DNA of 63,885 nucleotides, filler included, from Octopus bimaculoides (lineage: Eukaryota): NCBI RefSeq assembly GCF_001194135.2. It is 5 parts of 3 records of this genome, joined end to end, with 100 filler letters (N's around TTAATTAATTAA, not from the genome) between each part and the next. Parts side by side here need not be neighbours in the genome. Positions count along the whole stretch, not along the records: positions 14,560 to 39,726 come from NC_068986.1; positions 39,827 to 55,050 come from NC_068989.1; 3 more parts are not named here. One strand, 5' to 3'. The position numbers were made by a program, and so were the translations under genes. A model generated the notes under the pieces. The model was given only the letters and a program-made list of their open reading frames with translations, had not been told where the DNA came from and made no database searches. Of the stretch, positions 25,513-39,864 are shown piece by piece; the stretch's first letter is position 1, and each line of letters opens with the position of its first letter.

Positions 25513-26464
25513 CATACATACATACATACATACATACATACACCGTCCTGTGAATTAAACGAGTAAATATAAAAGATACCTTGTAACATGATCGCTTGTT
25601 TTAAGGACCAATAGGAGACTTGGGAAATGAATTCTCCCTACGAAACTAACATAAGGAATATTGAGTTATAAAATATTTAAACGTCCATTTCTTTTCTTTC
25701 TTATTCTGTATTTTGTTAATTAAAAAAGAAATGATTGATTTTTATATTATTTTGTATTTAGTTTTGGCTGAGTAAATTGTTGTAAATAAATAAATTTTCT
25801 ACAAATTTTCAAAGGGAAATATTTTTAGCTTTTTTGAAACTGTATTATTGTCATTAGTGTCACTGTTATCAAACAGATCAATTAAAGTATTTATGATCAA
25901 AGCCTTCTGTTGTCGCACTAAATTAACCTTTTTAATTTTCATGAAAGAAATAAAGGAAAGTGAAATATTAAAAACTACTTCTGTGTAATTATTTGTATCG
26001 TTTGAAATGATAATGTTTATGTTTTTGAAAACACAAAAGTGCTTATGCATATACATATGAATTCGAAGCCGGTAATTCGCACTGATGCTACTTACTGCTA
26101 TGCAGAAACCTCATTACGACTGACCGAAAGGTTGGACGTAAGGAGAAGCTGGGATAAGGGTATGGAAAACTATTAGAATAAATAAGCTGCACTACATATA
26201 TTATCTTTCTTTTATCTGTTTATCTGTGGCCTTAGTGGGGCACTGCATTGAGAAAATTTTAGTCGAATAAATTGACCCCAGTACTTATAATTTTTTAAAA
26301 ACCAGGTACTTCTAATATCGGTCGCTCTTCACCGAAACGCTAAGGTACGGAGACGTGAACAAACCAGCACCGGTAGTGTGGTAGGGGAGAAACACAAGCA
26401 CATACGCACACACACACACATGTATATATATATATATACATATATATATATAATCATAAATATA

Positions 26465-26736
26465 TAGGGATTGACAGTAACCTGCTTCTCCAACATACTG
26501 AGAATTCAGAAATAGCAGCCAAAGAACTACTGATTCAAAACTACAAATTATTACTATAAATTGATAGCGATATTTTTGTGGTTTTTTTACTCTTCTCTAC
26601 TGTTTTTTGTTCTGTGTGTATCAAAAATATCGCTATCAATTTAGAGTAATAATTTGTAGTTTTGGAATCAGTAGTTCTTTGGCTGCTATTTCTGAATTCT
26701 CAGTATGTTGGAGAAGCAGGTTACTGTCAATCCCTA
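26465..26736. mobile_element. Foldback MITE with ~114-bp TIRs
   Basis: Arms 26465-26578 and 26622-26736 differ by about one substitution and one indel; termini are TAGGGATTGAC...GTCAATCCCTA. The right flank is an N gap, so the TSD cannot be read. Confidence 0.8.
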
Positions 26737-27412
26737 NNNNNNNNNNNNNNNNNNNNNNNNNNNNNNNNNNNNNNNNNNNNNNNNNNNNNNNNNNNNNNNN
26801 NNNNNNNNNNNNNNNNNNNNNNNNNNNNNNNNNNNNNNNNNNNNNNNNNNNNNNNNNNNNNNNNNNNNNNNNNNNNNNNNNNNNNNNNNNNNNNNNNNNN
26901 NNNNNNNNNNNNNNNNNNNNNNNNNNNNNNNNNNNNNNNNNNNNNNNNNNNNNNNNNNNNNNNNNNNNNNNNNNNNNNNNNNNNNNNNNNNNNNNNNNNN
27001 NNNNNNNNNNNNNNNNNNNNNNNNNNNNNNNNNNNNNNNNNNNNNNNNNNNNNNNNNNNNNNNNNNNNNNNNNNNNNNNNNNNNNNNNNNNNNNNNNNNN
27101 NNNNNNNNNNNNNNNNNNNNNNNNNNNNNNNNNNNNNNNNNNNNNNNNNNNNNNNNNNNNNNNNNNNNNNNNNNNNNNNNNNNNNNNNNNNNNNNNNNNN
27201 NNNNNNNNNNNNNNNNNNNNNNNNNNNNNNNNNNNNNNNNNNNNNNNNNNNNNNNNNNNNNNNNNNNNNNNNNNNNNNNNNNNNNNNNNNNNNNNNNNNN
27301 NNNNNNNNNNNNNNNNNNNNNNNNNNNNNNNNNNNNNNNNNNNNNNNNNNNNNNNNNNNNNNNNNNNNNNNNNNNNNNNNNNNNNNNNNNNNNNNNNNNN
27401 NNNNNNNNNNNN

Positions 27413-27459
<47 letters not shown>

Positions 27460-30400
27460 TAGAAAGAGAGATACATGGAGAGAGAGATACGTATACGTAT
27501 CCATATATATCTACGTGTGTTTGTTGATATGTTTGTATGAATGTGTATGTGTAACTAGTTGAGAATTAGATACCACACAAGATAAATTCTAGAATTGTTG
27601 ACTTATCGGAATCATTTTTTGATCGAGAGTAAAAAATTGAATCTCTGGTCATAATTTTACCCAGCTCTGAATGAGAAGCTAATATAATCTCCTGTCCATT
27701 TTAAAAAGTTCCTTCTCATTTGAAATTGGCCACAATTACTATTGGGCAGTTGGTTACTTTCCCTAGAAAAGAAGATAACTTTAGTGAATCTATTGTTTCT
27801 TGTATGGTATTTAGCACAAACTCACACACATGTATATTAATATGTTTGATTGTGTGTGCAATTGTGTTTATCAATGTACAGTATTTAATATTCTCGGTGG
27901 CGATTTGATACGTACAGAGAATGGTAAGCGAAAAGAACGATTTACGGATGAATGGTAGGGGTGGAATTAAATAGCGATTTTTCATTCCAACGCAGATTTA
28001 TCACAAATTGTCTAGTGGGTCGAATCGATCCGAGTACATTAATGCCAATGATTTTTTTTTCTTTATGCTGAGACATAAAATGTACATTTGATCCCGACTA
28101 GCTTTGAACTTAGAACTCAGAAAATGAAACTCAATACTGTGTTTAGTACAAGGTTCTTCATCGAAAAAGAAAGTAAGAGATATTATGTATTCGAGTAATA
28201 AAAAAAGAAAAAAATTGGAGAACATGATAAATTAATGGTAAATTCTTTCAAGAGATAATGAACTATATGGAGCAGGGGTGTTACTTTGTGAAAAGCTATG
28301 ATGAGAAAAGTAATAAAAGTATTAACTGACAAACAGAATTATTTTATGGTATAATTATTTATTCATCCCGAAGAAAAAGTTCATGAATAAATTCCCGAAT
28401 TTTGAAAAAGAAATCTACATCCAAAATTAACTACTTTGCATAGCAAAGCATGGATGCATGTACAAGCAAAGCTAACTCATTAGCTAAAAACAATATTTCG
28501 AGTTAATGATTTATGATCTTTGTCATTTCTTTCTGATATCAACCTTGCGCCTTACCGATTTTATTGCAAAACATATTTATCATTTTTTTCATTAAGCCTA
28601 TCAAAGTTTGACAACAGTTAATTTTTGGTGAAATTTATTAGGTCACCTATTTTCTCTTATACATTTTCTTTTTACCACACACTGCTACATAGTTACAGAC
28701 TTCGCTTTTTTTGTGTGTTTATATTAAATTTATACAGAAACAACTATTTTTCTGTGGTTCGAACAATGGTTTGTTAGATATGTCTAGAAATATTAATGAT
28801 CAGTTTTGATCTTTATACCTTTTGCAAGAACATTACTGTTGTTAGAGAAGCAGTTGTAACTAGAAAAGAGTACTACTTTCCTGATATCACTCCGCATATT
28901 GAGCGTTAAAAAGGTTCAAGTCCATCACATATGAAGGAAGACTATATAAGTTAAGTTCTCAATGTCTCGTTCTATCAGCATGGTGAATTGACATTCTATT
29001 TTTGGTTTAAAATACTATGAACGTTTTGAACTATGTTAACTAAACCTCGTTGATTTATGAGCTAAACGATCCCTTTTCCCTTCCTTAGAGTCGTCAATGA
29101 AGGATATTTTTTGTGTAGTATAGTCACAAGTAACTTCACTACACAATAATAACAACAATAATAATGATAACAATAATAATAACAAATAATAATGATAATA
29201 ATAATATAGAATAAATATACAATAATAATAGTAATAACAACAATAATATTAATAACAAAATGTAGTCATTGTCATGAGAATATCAAAATTTCTAACATCC
29301 TCAAAAAATATATATGTATAAAAACATTATATAGATCAGACGTTGGATATCAATAGCAATATCCCACAATGTTATTATTTTATATTTATTTCAAATATTC
29401 TCGTTTTCTTTGGAAGAGATTGTTAGAGAAGAAGTAATAGCAAAACTATATCTGCAAAATTATCATGCGGATCATGTGATATAACTGAAGAGGAATATTT
29501 TAACATTGCGAAATATTGCCGTGAGAAAATCTTATCAATGGTCAATGTGGCCGGTACCGGCGTCAGAAAATATCATTAGGTCTGATCTGGAAGTCATGCG
29601 GATCTTCGATCGATCACTTCAAAAAGATGGTAGAGAATAACTGCCAAAATCTTTACCACGCGAGAGTCGCCATGTTTCTGAATTAGGCCTTGCACTGAAA
29701 ACAAAAAATTATAAACGAAATGAGAAAACTATAGTTATAGCAAAAAGTATAACAATACTAAAAACAAAACACGCATATCAACATCGATACAAAAAATAGA
29801 AATATAGAATGATAAATTGATATCTCTTAAGATTGATATAGGCAGAGCAGATGAAATTCTTTACCAAAACAATTTTAGAGCTATTCGATTTCAAAAGTTA
29901 AAGACAAACAGCTTGGTAGTTATTGAAAATATTCTTCGGAGTGAAATTTTACAGAGAAGCTCAGATTATAATTTCCTCTAAAAACTTTCACATTCATTGA
30001 CTTATTTATCAATAAATGTTCAAGAAGTTAAAAAATAGGACTCTTTATTTTCCACAGAGAAAACAAGTTTAAAAGAATATTCTATCAGTTTTATTAAAAC
30101 AATAGGAATTTATGAAAAATGAAGAAAATCATTATACATAAGAAATTATTATTATATTATATATATATATTATATATTATTATTATATTAGGAAGTTTTA
30201 AATTCCCTCGAAATGGTGTAATCATTCAGGATTTCTTTTTCATTGTTATTCTTGTTGTTGCACTTTCTTTAATGATTAGTTTCGGGTCAGCTGTAATTAA
30301 AGCAGAATTATGACCGCAGACATCCTAATCGTGTCCATGGAGTTTGTTTTTATTCAGACACCGTGTATTTCTGATTACATTATCCGATGAGGCCCTCCCT

Positions 30401-32205
30401 TTTATATTTCAGAGAAAATAGTTACTCTCTCTAGCTAGTATAGCGTTGTTGTCATTGTTGGTTATTTTATATAGGTGAAAGCCATGATTTATCTCTATGG
30501 GATATGAACACAAAGGGCAGAGTATACTGCGAGACATTCTAACCAACATTCTAACGATACTACTGATTCAGTAGAATCGAGAAATGAAGGCATTTCTTTC
30601 TCTTCTTGAAGCATTTTTTCCTCCAATGGGTTCTGACGGCAGTATCTGCAACACTAGTGCCATGCTGTTTCGACCCTTACTTTTACCATGGAGAAACAAA
30701 GGTTTACATATACTCGTTGTATCACGAAACATTAGGATGTGCTAGATATTGTGTAGGCATCATATAACAAGGGAAGACCAGCTCAAGGGAAACCTAATGA
30801 CATTGTATGCAATTGATCAAAAGATTAAGTGCAGCCTACAGTTCGCATAATATATTGTGCAAGCTGTGATAGTCATTTAGTAAATCCGTTGTATGATGAC
30901 ATTCTGGTTATAATGAATTTTCCTCACTTTCTTTTGGTTTCCATTAGGTTCTGATGATGTTCACAGTGGACACAGGACGTTGGGGACTCAGGACGAAAGC
31001 AAACAAATGCTGTTATTCTCCACATATTTTTGATGATGTATACTTTGGCAGTGGTCAGCGCTAATCAAAATATTTATTGTTTTTGTTATTTGCTTATAAG
31101 TATGATCTTTTATGCCTGTGGAATCTATCATGGTAAAGTACTAGTGTTTGCGGCCTTGTAAATTTTTTTTGTGGTTTGAAAATTACAAGGTTTATAGTTA
31201 TTTCTGCTATGCACTGGTTTTAATAACAGAACATAAAGGCAAATGCCAAATTTGATTCTTAATAAGTTGTAAATGGCGTTGTAAACGTGATGTAAAAGGA
31301 ATGTTGAGGAAGAGAAGCCAAATAATATGAACAATGCGATAGAAACATTGCACTACTGTCAGATACAGTCAGTGAGTTAAATATTTTGTTTGAAAAGGAA
31401 AGAAAAAACTACCGTTTTATGATTCCTTTTCTTTTCCTTTACACATTGTAACTGCGTCAAAGAAGGAGAATTTTGTTGCTAAGTAACTAATTACTTTACA
31501 TGCGCGTGTGTAACGATGTTCAAGCATTTAGTTTGCACATAAAAGACAAGATTTATATACAAACATACATAAACAAGCATACACGCTAATATTACAACTA
31601 GTTGCTGGTTGACATTAAGAAATGCGTGAGCTCGCTGTGCAATGGAGTAGTAAAACACCCATATAGTAATCCCCTAAGAAAAATCCACCTTGCAATACAT
31701 TTACATTATTATCCTCTTAATAAGTAAAACATGCAACTCCAGTCGACTAAAGCTTGATCAACATGTGTTCATTCTTAATCTCTTCAATTGTCTCTGGTTA
31801 TCTGAAATAGCTGATTGCATGCCACCAACACACACACACATACACACACACATATTTACACGTACATGCGCGGACACATATACACAAACACACACAAACG
31901 TGCGCGCGCGCACACATACACACACAATCCATATCCGAGAAAATACAGTAGTCTATACACTCTCGTTCTGTCTACCCGAAATAGCAAGCAAATCTCGTTC
32001 ATTTGTGTATATTTGTGTTTGTATTTGTCGCATAAACATGGCTTGACAACCGGTGTTGGTCCGTGTACACCCGCTTATCATAGCGGTTTGGCCAAAAAGA
32101 ATGATAGAATAAGTACCAAGCTCCCCCACCAAATTAAATACTAGGGTCGATTTGTTAGTCTAAAATTCCTCAACGCAGTGTCCCAGTACAATACATATGA
32201 AAATA

Positions 32206-32339
32206 CAGTAGTACCACGGTTTTCGAACAATTCTGATCGCGAATAAATCGTGCTTTATATATAGATATAGACAGATATAGATATATATAAAGCACGATCT
32301 ATTCGTGATCAGAGGCGTTCGTAAACCGAGGTACTACTG
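32206..32339. mobile_element. Tc1/mariner-superfamily (pogo/Tigger-like) palindromic MITE
   Basis: TA TSDs at 32204-32205 and 32340-32341; termini CAGTAGTACC...GGTACTACTG; almost the whole element is self-complementary. Confidence 0.85.
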
Positions 32340-32375
32340 TATTAAATGAATATGAAAAAGACAGGACATAAAGTA

Positions 32376-32421
32376 TGATTTATTCGTCATCAGATTTGTT
32401 CGAAGACCCAGGTTTCTACTG
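32376..32421. mobile_element. Orphan right TIR of a related pogo-like element
   Basis: TATTCGTCATCAGATTTGTTCGAAGACCCAGGTTTCTACTG followed by TA resembles the right end of the 32206 MITE. Confidence 0.6.
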
Positions 32422-33122
32422 TACATATATATACATATACATATACATATACATACATACAGATATATATATATACATATACATACATACAGATATATAT
32501 ATATATATATATNNNNNNNNNNNNNNNNNNNNNNNNNNNNNNNNNNNNNNNNNNNNNNNNNNNNNNNNNNNNNNNNNNNNNNNNNNNNNNNNNNNNNNNN
32601 NNNNNNNNNNNNNNNNNNNNNNNNNNNNNNNNNNNNNNNNNNNNNNNNNNNNNNNNNNNNNNNNNNNNNNNNNNNNNNNNNNNNNNNNNNNNTATATATA
32701 ACGTAGAGAATATTTTAGTGAGGAAACACACGTGGTGGATATAAAAAGAGAAAGAGATAAGATGAGAAAACACAGAAAATTTGTTTTACAGAATTTAAGA
32801 ATATATTAGAGCCATGATAATAAACATATACAATTTTGTACAAGATAATATTTTGTTCTTTCAACATTATTGAAGTAAGGCCCGGTTTCGCATTGCTCGT
32901 CAAACTGAGAGTTGAAAGAGTTAAATTGCTAGGGGAAAAATATTGTTGGAGAGATGATTGTTCATTCAGTTATTTTGCAGCGAAGGCGAAGTAAATCTGT
33001 AATTTTTATTTTATTTTTGTTTTTTTTTGTGTTCTCTGCTTTATTCTGACTTACATCTTCCATTAGATAACGTATGTCTTTTATTTTTAATATGGTTTCA
33101 TATTTAATTCTAGTTTATATTT

Positions 33123-33460
33123 TTGTATCCAGTCAATTTGATCAAATCTAACTTCAATTGCGCCTATCAGAACCTCATTCACGTAATCAGATGCCTGGGT
33201 TGCCATCGAAATCATATTGGTTCAACAGGAAATTCGAACCGAAAGAGATATACGATCAACAGACAAAAAGTTCCTCCTCACAATATCGCCAAATATACCT
33301 CAGTCAAGACATTGACGAATGTGCAGAACGATTACAACAACAATTCGAATTTTTCCCATTTTATCAACTTGCCTTCTTGATCTCAATATAAGTAAGACTG
33401 AATAAAATATCCAAATTATCCAAAAATATAAACCAGAACTAAATATGAAACCATATGAAA
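33123..33460 (+). pseudogene. Penelope-like element GIY-YIG endonuclease relic
   Basis: NLIHVIRCLGCHRNHIGSTG, then across a frameshift IDECA...FEFFPFYQL, and a terminal IQKYKPELN. Confidence 0.75.
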
Positions 33461-33996
33461 AATTAAGGACTTACCCTATCTAATAGAAGATGTAAGCTAG
33501 AATAAAGCAGAGAACACAAAAAACAAAAAATGCAAATTACTGATTTACCTTCACTTTACTGCAAAATAAATGAGTGAACAATTATCTCCCCTAGCAATAC
33601 TTTTTTACCCCTAGAAATTTACTTCTGTTAACTCTTAGTTTGAGGAGCAATGCAAAACCGGTTCTTACTTCAATTATGTTGAAAGAAAAAGATTTTTTAC
33701 AAAATTGTAAATCTTTCTTAGTATGGCTCTAATATACTCTTAAATCCTGTCAAACAAATCTGTTTTTTCATCTTATTTCTTTCTCTATTTACATGTATAT
33801 ATATATATATATNNNNNNNNNNNNNNNNNNNNNNNNNNNNNNNNNNNNNNNNNNNNNNNNNNNNNNNNNNNNNNNNNNNNNNNNNNNNNNNNNNNNNNNN
33901 NNNNNNNNNNNNNNNNNNNNNNNNNNNNNNNNNNNNNNNNNNNNNNNNNNNNNNNNNNNNNNNNNNNNNNNNNNNNNNNNNNNNNNNNNNNNNNNN

Positions 33997-34040
<44 letters not shown>

Positions 34041-34047
34041 GAGAGAG

Positions 34048-34289
34048 AGAATAATAATAAATGGAGCAAAATGCATATAATCAATAAATTCCTTTAATTC
34101 CTACATATGTTTCAAAAATTATATGCACTCTACTCCAAAGAAGTAAGAGATGCTGGTATATATATATAATTTTATCATCAGGGAACCATAACACAAATGC
34201 AAGACTTGTGCAGAATGCTAAGGTTACGTAACCTTATCATTAAAGGAACTTATTGATTATATGCGTTATGCTCCATTTATTATTATTCT
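34048..34289. repeat. 51-bp inverted repeat pair (probable MITE)
   Basis: 34048-34098 versus 34239-34289, three mismatches, 140-bp spacer. Confidence 0.65.
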
Positions 34290-34434
34290 TTATAACAACG
34301 CAAAATACATCACTTTAACATGGAATTTCCACTCCTTAACCGGGTATAATATCCCAGTTTTTGTGTGATTTTTGGTACCCTGGAAACTATTAACATATTT
34401 GCATTATTGAAGTTTTTCAACCAAGATAATATTG

Positions 34435-34498
<64 letters not shown>

Positions 34499-35947
34499 NN
34501 NNNNNNNNNNNNNNNNNNNNNNNNNNNNNNNNNNNNNNNNNNNNNNNNNNNNNNNNNNNNNNNNNNNNNNNNNNNNNNNNNNNNNNNNNNNNNNNNNNNN
34601 NNNNNNNNNNNNNNNNNNNNNNNNNNNNNNNNNNNNNNNNNNNNNNNNNNNNNNNNNNNNNNNNNNNNNNNNNNNNNNNNNNNNNNNNNNNNNNNNNNNN
34701 NNNNNNNNNNNNNNNNNNNNNNNNNNNNNNNNNNNNNNNNNNNNNNNNNNNNNNNNNNNNNNNNNNNNNNNNNNNNNNNNNNNNNNNNNNNNNNNNNNNN
34801 NNNNNNNNNNNNNNNNNNNNNNNNNNNNNNNNNNNNNNNNNNNNNNNNNNNNNNNNNNNNNNNNNNNNNNNNNNNNNNNNNNNNNNNNNNNNNNNNNNNN
34901 NNNNNNNNNNNNNNNNNNNNNNNNNNNNNNNNNNNNNNNNNNNNNNNNNNNNNNNNNNNNNNNNNNNNNNNNNNNNNNNNNNNNNNNNNNNNNNNNNNNN
35001 NNNNNNNNNNNNNNNNNNNNNNNNNNNNNNNNNNNNNNNNNNNNNNNNNNNNNNNNNNNNNNNNNNNNNNNNNNNNNNNNNNNNNNNNNNNNNNNNNNNN
35101 NNNNNNNNNNNNNNNNGGAGAGAGAGGGGAGGGAAAGGGAGGAAAGTAAGCAAAGTAACAGTAAATGAAGAAGGAATAAAGTGAGTGAAATATTATAATT
35201 TTCAAGTGATAATTTGCTTCGTTTATTTTTTAATCGCAAAAATGTGGGCAAGAAAATTTAATTAAATACATTTTAAACGCATATTATAATTAAGCCTGAC
35301 GCCCTGTTACGTTATTGTCTGCCTATAGCCAAACTTACTAGACACTTCACTTATTATGTGCACACGAAATCCTTCAGTAATAAATCTGAATAGTCTTCAT
35401 TAGTTTAGTATCCCGGCTAATAATTATTGATTTCTCCAAATTCATATATGGTCAAAAGTGTTGCAGAATAACTAAACATCCTCTAATACAGACGTGGCAA
35501 CCTAAATATACTCAACAGCAATACGACACAGTCACTACATATCTTAATCAAACACTCATGCACCTTACATTCTTTATACATGAACAACTTCAATGTAACC
35601 CGCTGAAAGTCATGAACCATCGAGATATCCACAAAGTAGTCATTATATCTACCAGAAATGGCAAATAAATCTTCCTTGGATCACAATAATACGTCTTTTA
35701 AAATGACACATTGGACAGTGTGGTACAAGCTATTTAAATTCACATGATGTTCATGGCCGGAATACTCTTCCGTTGGAATGCTATTGATGATCTTCTTCAA
35801 TGGACTCGGGCCAAGACCACACATTATTTCGTATGATGGTGTTGTTTAATTTCGTGTCAAGCCTGATCGTGTAGACCTATAACCAAATGCTTTTCAGGCA
35901 AGAGAAAGATAGAGATAGAGGGAGAAAGAGAGGGATATATACACACA

Positions 35948-36067
<120 letters not shown>

Positions 36068-36913
36068 TTTTAGAAGTTTCCTTCGTCCAGGATGTTTACA
36101 CGCAATGGAATAAAGTTCGTGTTTCGAGAAAGATATTCATTTTGATGAAATTATACACTCTAAAATATCTATTTCTCTTTCGTTGACAAACTGAGACGTG
36201 CGCGCTCGTATATTTTTACTTCATTTGTATATTTATCTATATTCTGTATTGGTAACATGGTCGTCTTGATATTTTTGTATTCTATCTGAGTAGATGTTTG
36301 CAAAGATATTTTTTATTTGTTCTTATATTCTCCTTCATCATGTATAAACAGATTTATCTCACTCATACCAACTCAGAGAAAGAATCATAGAACCAACAGA
36401 CAGAACCACGTACAATTTTATATTATTATTATTATATTAGCAGACGTTACCTCCATTCAATATGTTTCTGTATATTTCAGTATGTATATATCAACATGTG
36501 TGATTTTTATATCATTAATATTTGGAAACATACTCTGTACGTTTAAAAGCATTTTGTTTATATTTTTGCATCAGTGTCACTCTGTAGTTTTTGTATATCC
36601 TGAAAGTAGATTCTGAAATAACTCTGAAAGTTTGTGTAGTCATATCACAGAGATGAATTAGGTGAGACTTCACAGCGTCAAAATATTTGCCACACTCGAC
36701 TCATCTCTGACCATCTGTTTCATGTTCAAATGTCTAGGGGATTACTTGTCATTCGTATTACATAGGCTGGCATAATAATTATCTGTTATATACAAGAGTC
36801 CATTAAAATGACAATGTTACTTACCTTTCGAAATTTGCTCATGTTACTTGTTAAGTGAATTAATGTGCTCTCTGCCTCCCTCTATTTATATCCATACGTA
36901 CAAACTCACATGC

Positions 36914-36951
<38 letters not shown>

Positions 36952-37109
36952 NNNNNNNNNNNNNNNNNNNNNNNNNNNNNNNNNNNNNNNNNNNNNNNNN
37001 NNNNNNNNNNNNNNNNNNNNNNNNNNNNNNNNNNNNNNNNNNNNNNNNNNNNNNNNNNNNNNNNNNNNNNNNNNNNNNNNNNNNNNNNNNNNNNNNNNNN
37101 NNNNNNNNN

Positions 37110-37143
<34 letters not shown>

Positions 37144-38864
37144 TGTGTGTGTGTGTGTGTGTATGTATACGTATATTTGCATACCACACACAAGCCCCCC
37201 CCCCATACACACACACCCATACACACATATATATACATAAAGGAACAAGAACATAACGGAAGACAATGAAAGCATACGGACAGATGGACAATACAAAGAC
37301 GGACAGGAAAACAAAGACGGAACATCCGTCAAGCTTCCAGTTATCACTACAGTTTCGGCCTGTTACACTTGAGACTGTTCAAATTTGGTAGGCCCCAAAA
37401 ATCTAAGCTAAGGGCATTAAATTTGGGGAAGAAAGCGGGCAAATATGTGTGACAACATGAACAAAAAACCGAGAAAACGGAGAAAATGTTACACGATTAC
37501 AAAACAAACAACAAGAATAACAACAGGTGTCTTTCGTCTAAAAGGACAAATAAAGTTAAGCCTTATGGTGAAGTGGAAGCCTTACGGCAACAAACATAGA
37601 TGAGAATCAGGATACAAGAAAAGAAGGTGTTGTGCGAGCGGCGGTCAGGCCAAGAAAGAACGATCACGCTTGGCCGAACACCGGTCACGTGAGAGGAACA
37701 GTGAGAAGTAAGGAGCAGAGGGATTGAAGAATTAGGGAAGGAACTAGAGAGAGAGAGGGGAAGGTATAGAGGAAAGTAGAGAGATTAAAGAAAGAGAATG
37801 CCAAGAAATGTGAGAGAAGGGGAGCGGGAAAAGGTAAATGGAAAGAAAGAGAATGCCAAGAAAGTGAGAAAGGGGGGACGAGAAAAAGAAAAGAAGGAAG
37901 AAAGAAGAAAGTCGTACAGAACTTAGATATATACTTACTTACAAGGTGAGCAAAAGGCGTATGCACGCCGTATGTATGTATATGTATACACATACACACA
38001 AATCGGAAGAGAGAGAGAGAAAGACAGGCAGACAGACATACTGAGTGAGAAAGAGAAAAATATATTGCAGCATTCGGCTACTTTCTTTTACAACTACAGT
38101 CCAATTCCGAGGAAGCCACCATCGTTTAATCATTCTTTGTCTACAAATACTGTGGTCAATTAAATCAACTATACCCTTGAAGGTTTTGTTTCAGTATGGC
38201 CTCAATCCAATGGTCTAAAACTAGTACAATAAAGGAATAAAAGAAAACCAAATAGTGTTCATCAGAAATTGCAACATTTCTTGGTAAGAATATTCGAATG
38301 ATTGTTACAGTTGCTTCTGTATCTAAGTAAATATTGTTTTTATTAGAACTTTATTTACAATATATACTTTCTATGTAACATAACAGGTTCGATTAAATGA
38401 GTTGCTGTAAGAAAACGGCAGTAAATATAATTATCGTAAGACATTTCTATCTTCATTATTGAATTAAGTACCGTGAACACTATTATAGTTTCTGCGATAA
38501 ATGTATTCTAAAGCACTGACTACTGAAATCTGAAGGATCAAAAACATCGATGCTGCATATTTTTCTCCAATACAACAGGTATCTAGAAAGATAGATAATA
38601 TAAGTAAATACGTAAATCTGACGTGCTGAACGACCTTGTCCTCTTAATTCTTTTTTCACCAGCTGTTTACTGCAGTTTCTTTAATATCTCTCCTTAGACA
38701 TCTGGTAATTATGATAGTATTTCATGGGAGACATTATATGAAGATAACTAGTTTAGTGGATAGTAAACACAAAACCATTTTGTCGGAAAATAGCCTGCCT
38801 ACGCTCACATGTATATATTCACTGTGTGCTTATACATAAATAAGATATGAATATTCTTTTATTC

Positions 38865-39060
38865 TTTTACTTGTTTCAGTAATTTGACTGTGGTCATGCT
38901 AGGGCACCATCTTTAGTCGAAGAATTCGACCCCAGGACTAATTCTTTGTAAGCCTAGTACTTATTCTATCAGTCTATTTTACCTAACCGCTAGGTTTTGG
39001 GGTCATAAACACACCAATATCGGTTGTCAAGTGATGGTGGGGTGACAAACAGAGACACAC
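38865..39060 (-). mobile_element. CORE-type SINE family E, 3' part
   Basis: Reverse-complement match to 43000-43205; the 5' part of another copy lies at about 39555-39720 (minus). Confidence 0.75.
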
Positions 39061-39074
39061 ACACACATACATGT

Positions 39075-39105
<31 letters not shown>

Positions 39106-39826
39106 NNNNNNNNNNNNNNNNNNNNNNNNNNNNNNNNNNNNNNNNNNNNNNNNAAAACATAATTCACGGAAAGATAATTTGCGAAGCTACCATTGACTAT
39201 GTTATTATCTAGTGAAACAATTTTAAAATGATAATAGCAGAATCAATAATATAGGCAATTGCAGACCCCAGAAAAACATTAAATTACTGAAGGATTAAAA
39301 TTAATCAAAGGACATACTAAGTATGTCAACCGGCTGGAAATAACACTCAAAATTCTTATTTAAATCGCCAAAATATACTTGCTTTCGGATGGTTGATTTC
39401 TGTGGTTATCAGCAGTGTGTTTTGTCGATTAAAATAAGAGTGTTGACTGTTATTTCCAGCAGGTAGACATAGATAGTATGTACTATGACTAATTTTAATC
39501 ATACATACGCACATGCACACACACACTCACACACATACACACACACACACACATATACGACGAGCTTCTTTCAGTTTCCGTCTACCAAATCAACTCACAA
39601 GGCTTTGATCGGCCCGAAGCTATTGTAGAAGACACATGCACAAGGTACCACGCAGAGGGACTGAACCCGAAATCTTGTGGTTGGGAAGCAAGCTTCTTAC
39701 CACACAGCCACGCCAGTGCCTTATTTNNNNNNNNNNNNNNNNNNNNNNNNNNNNNNNNNNNNNNNNNNNNTTAATTAATTAANNNNNNNNNNNNNNNNNN
39801 NNNNNNNNNNNNNNNNNNNNNNNNNN

Positions 39827-39864
<38 letters not shown>

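Noticed and set aside
27716-28225. Two minus-strand ORFs as receptor exons
   Set aside because: No family motifs; 28001-28130 is a degraded family B SINE.
30119-30313. Hydrophobic 64-aa ORF resembling a signal peptide
   Set aside because: Built from TAT/ATT low-complexity sequence running into what looks like a degraded dispersed repeat.
30948-31010. Hammerhead ribozyme (CTGATGA ... GGACGAAA)
   Set aside because: No stem II closes between the two core strands, and no stem III/cleavage triplet could be built.
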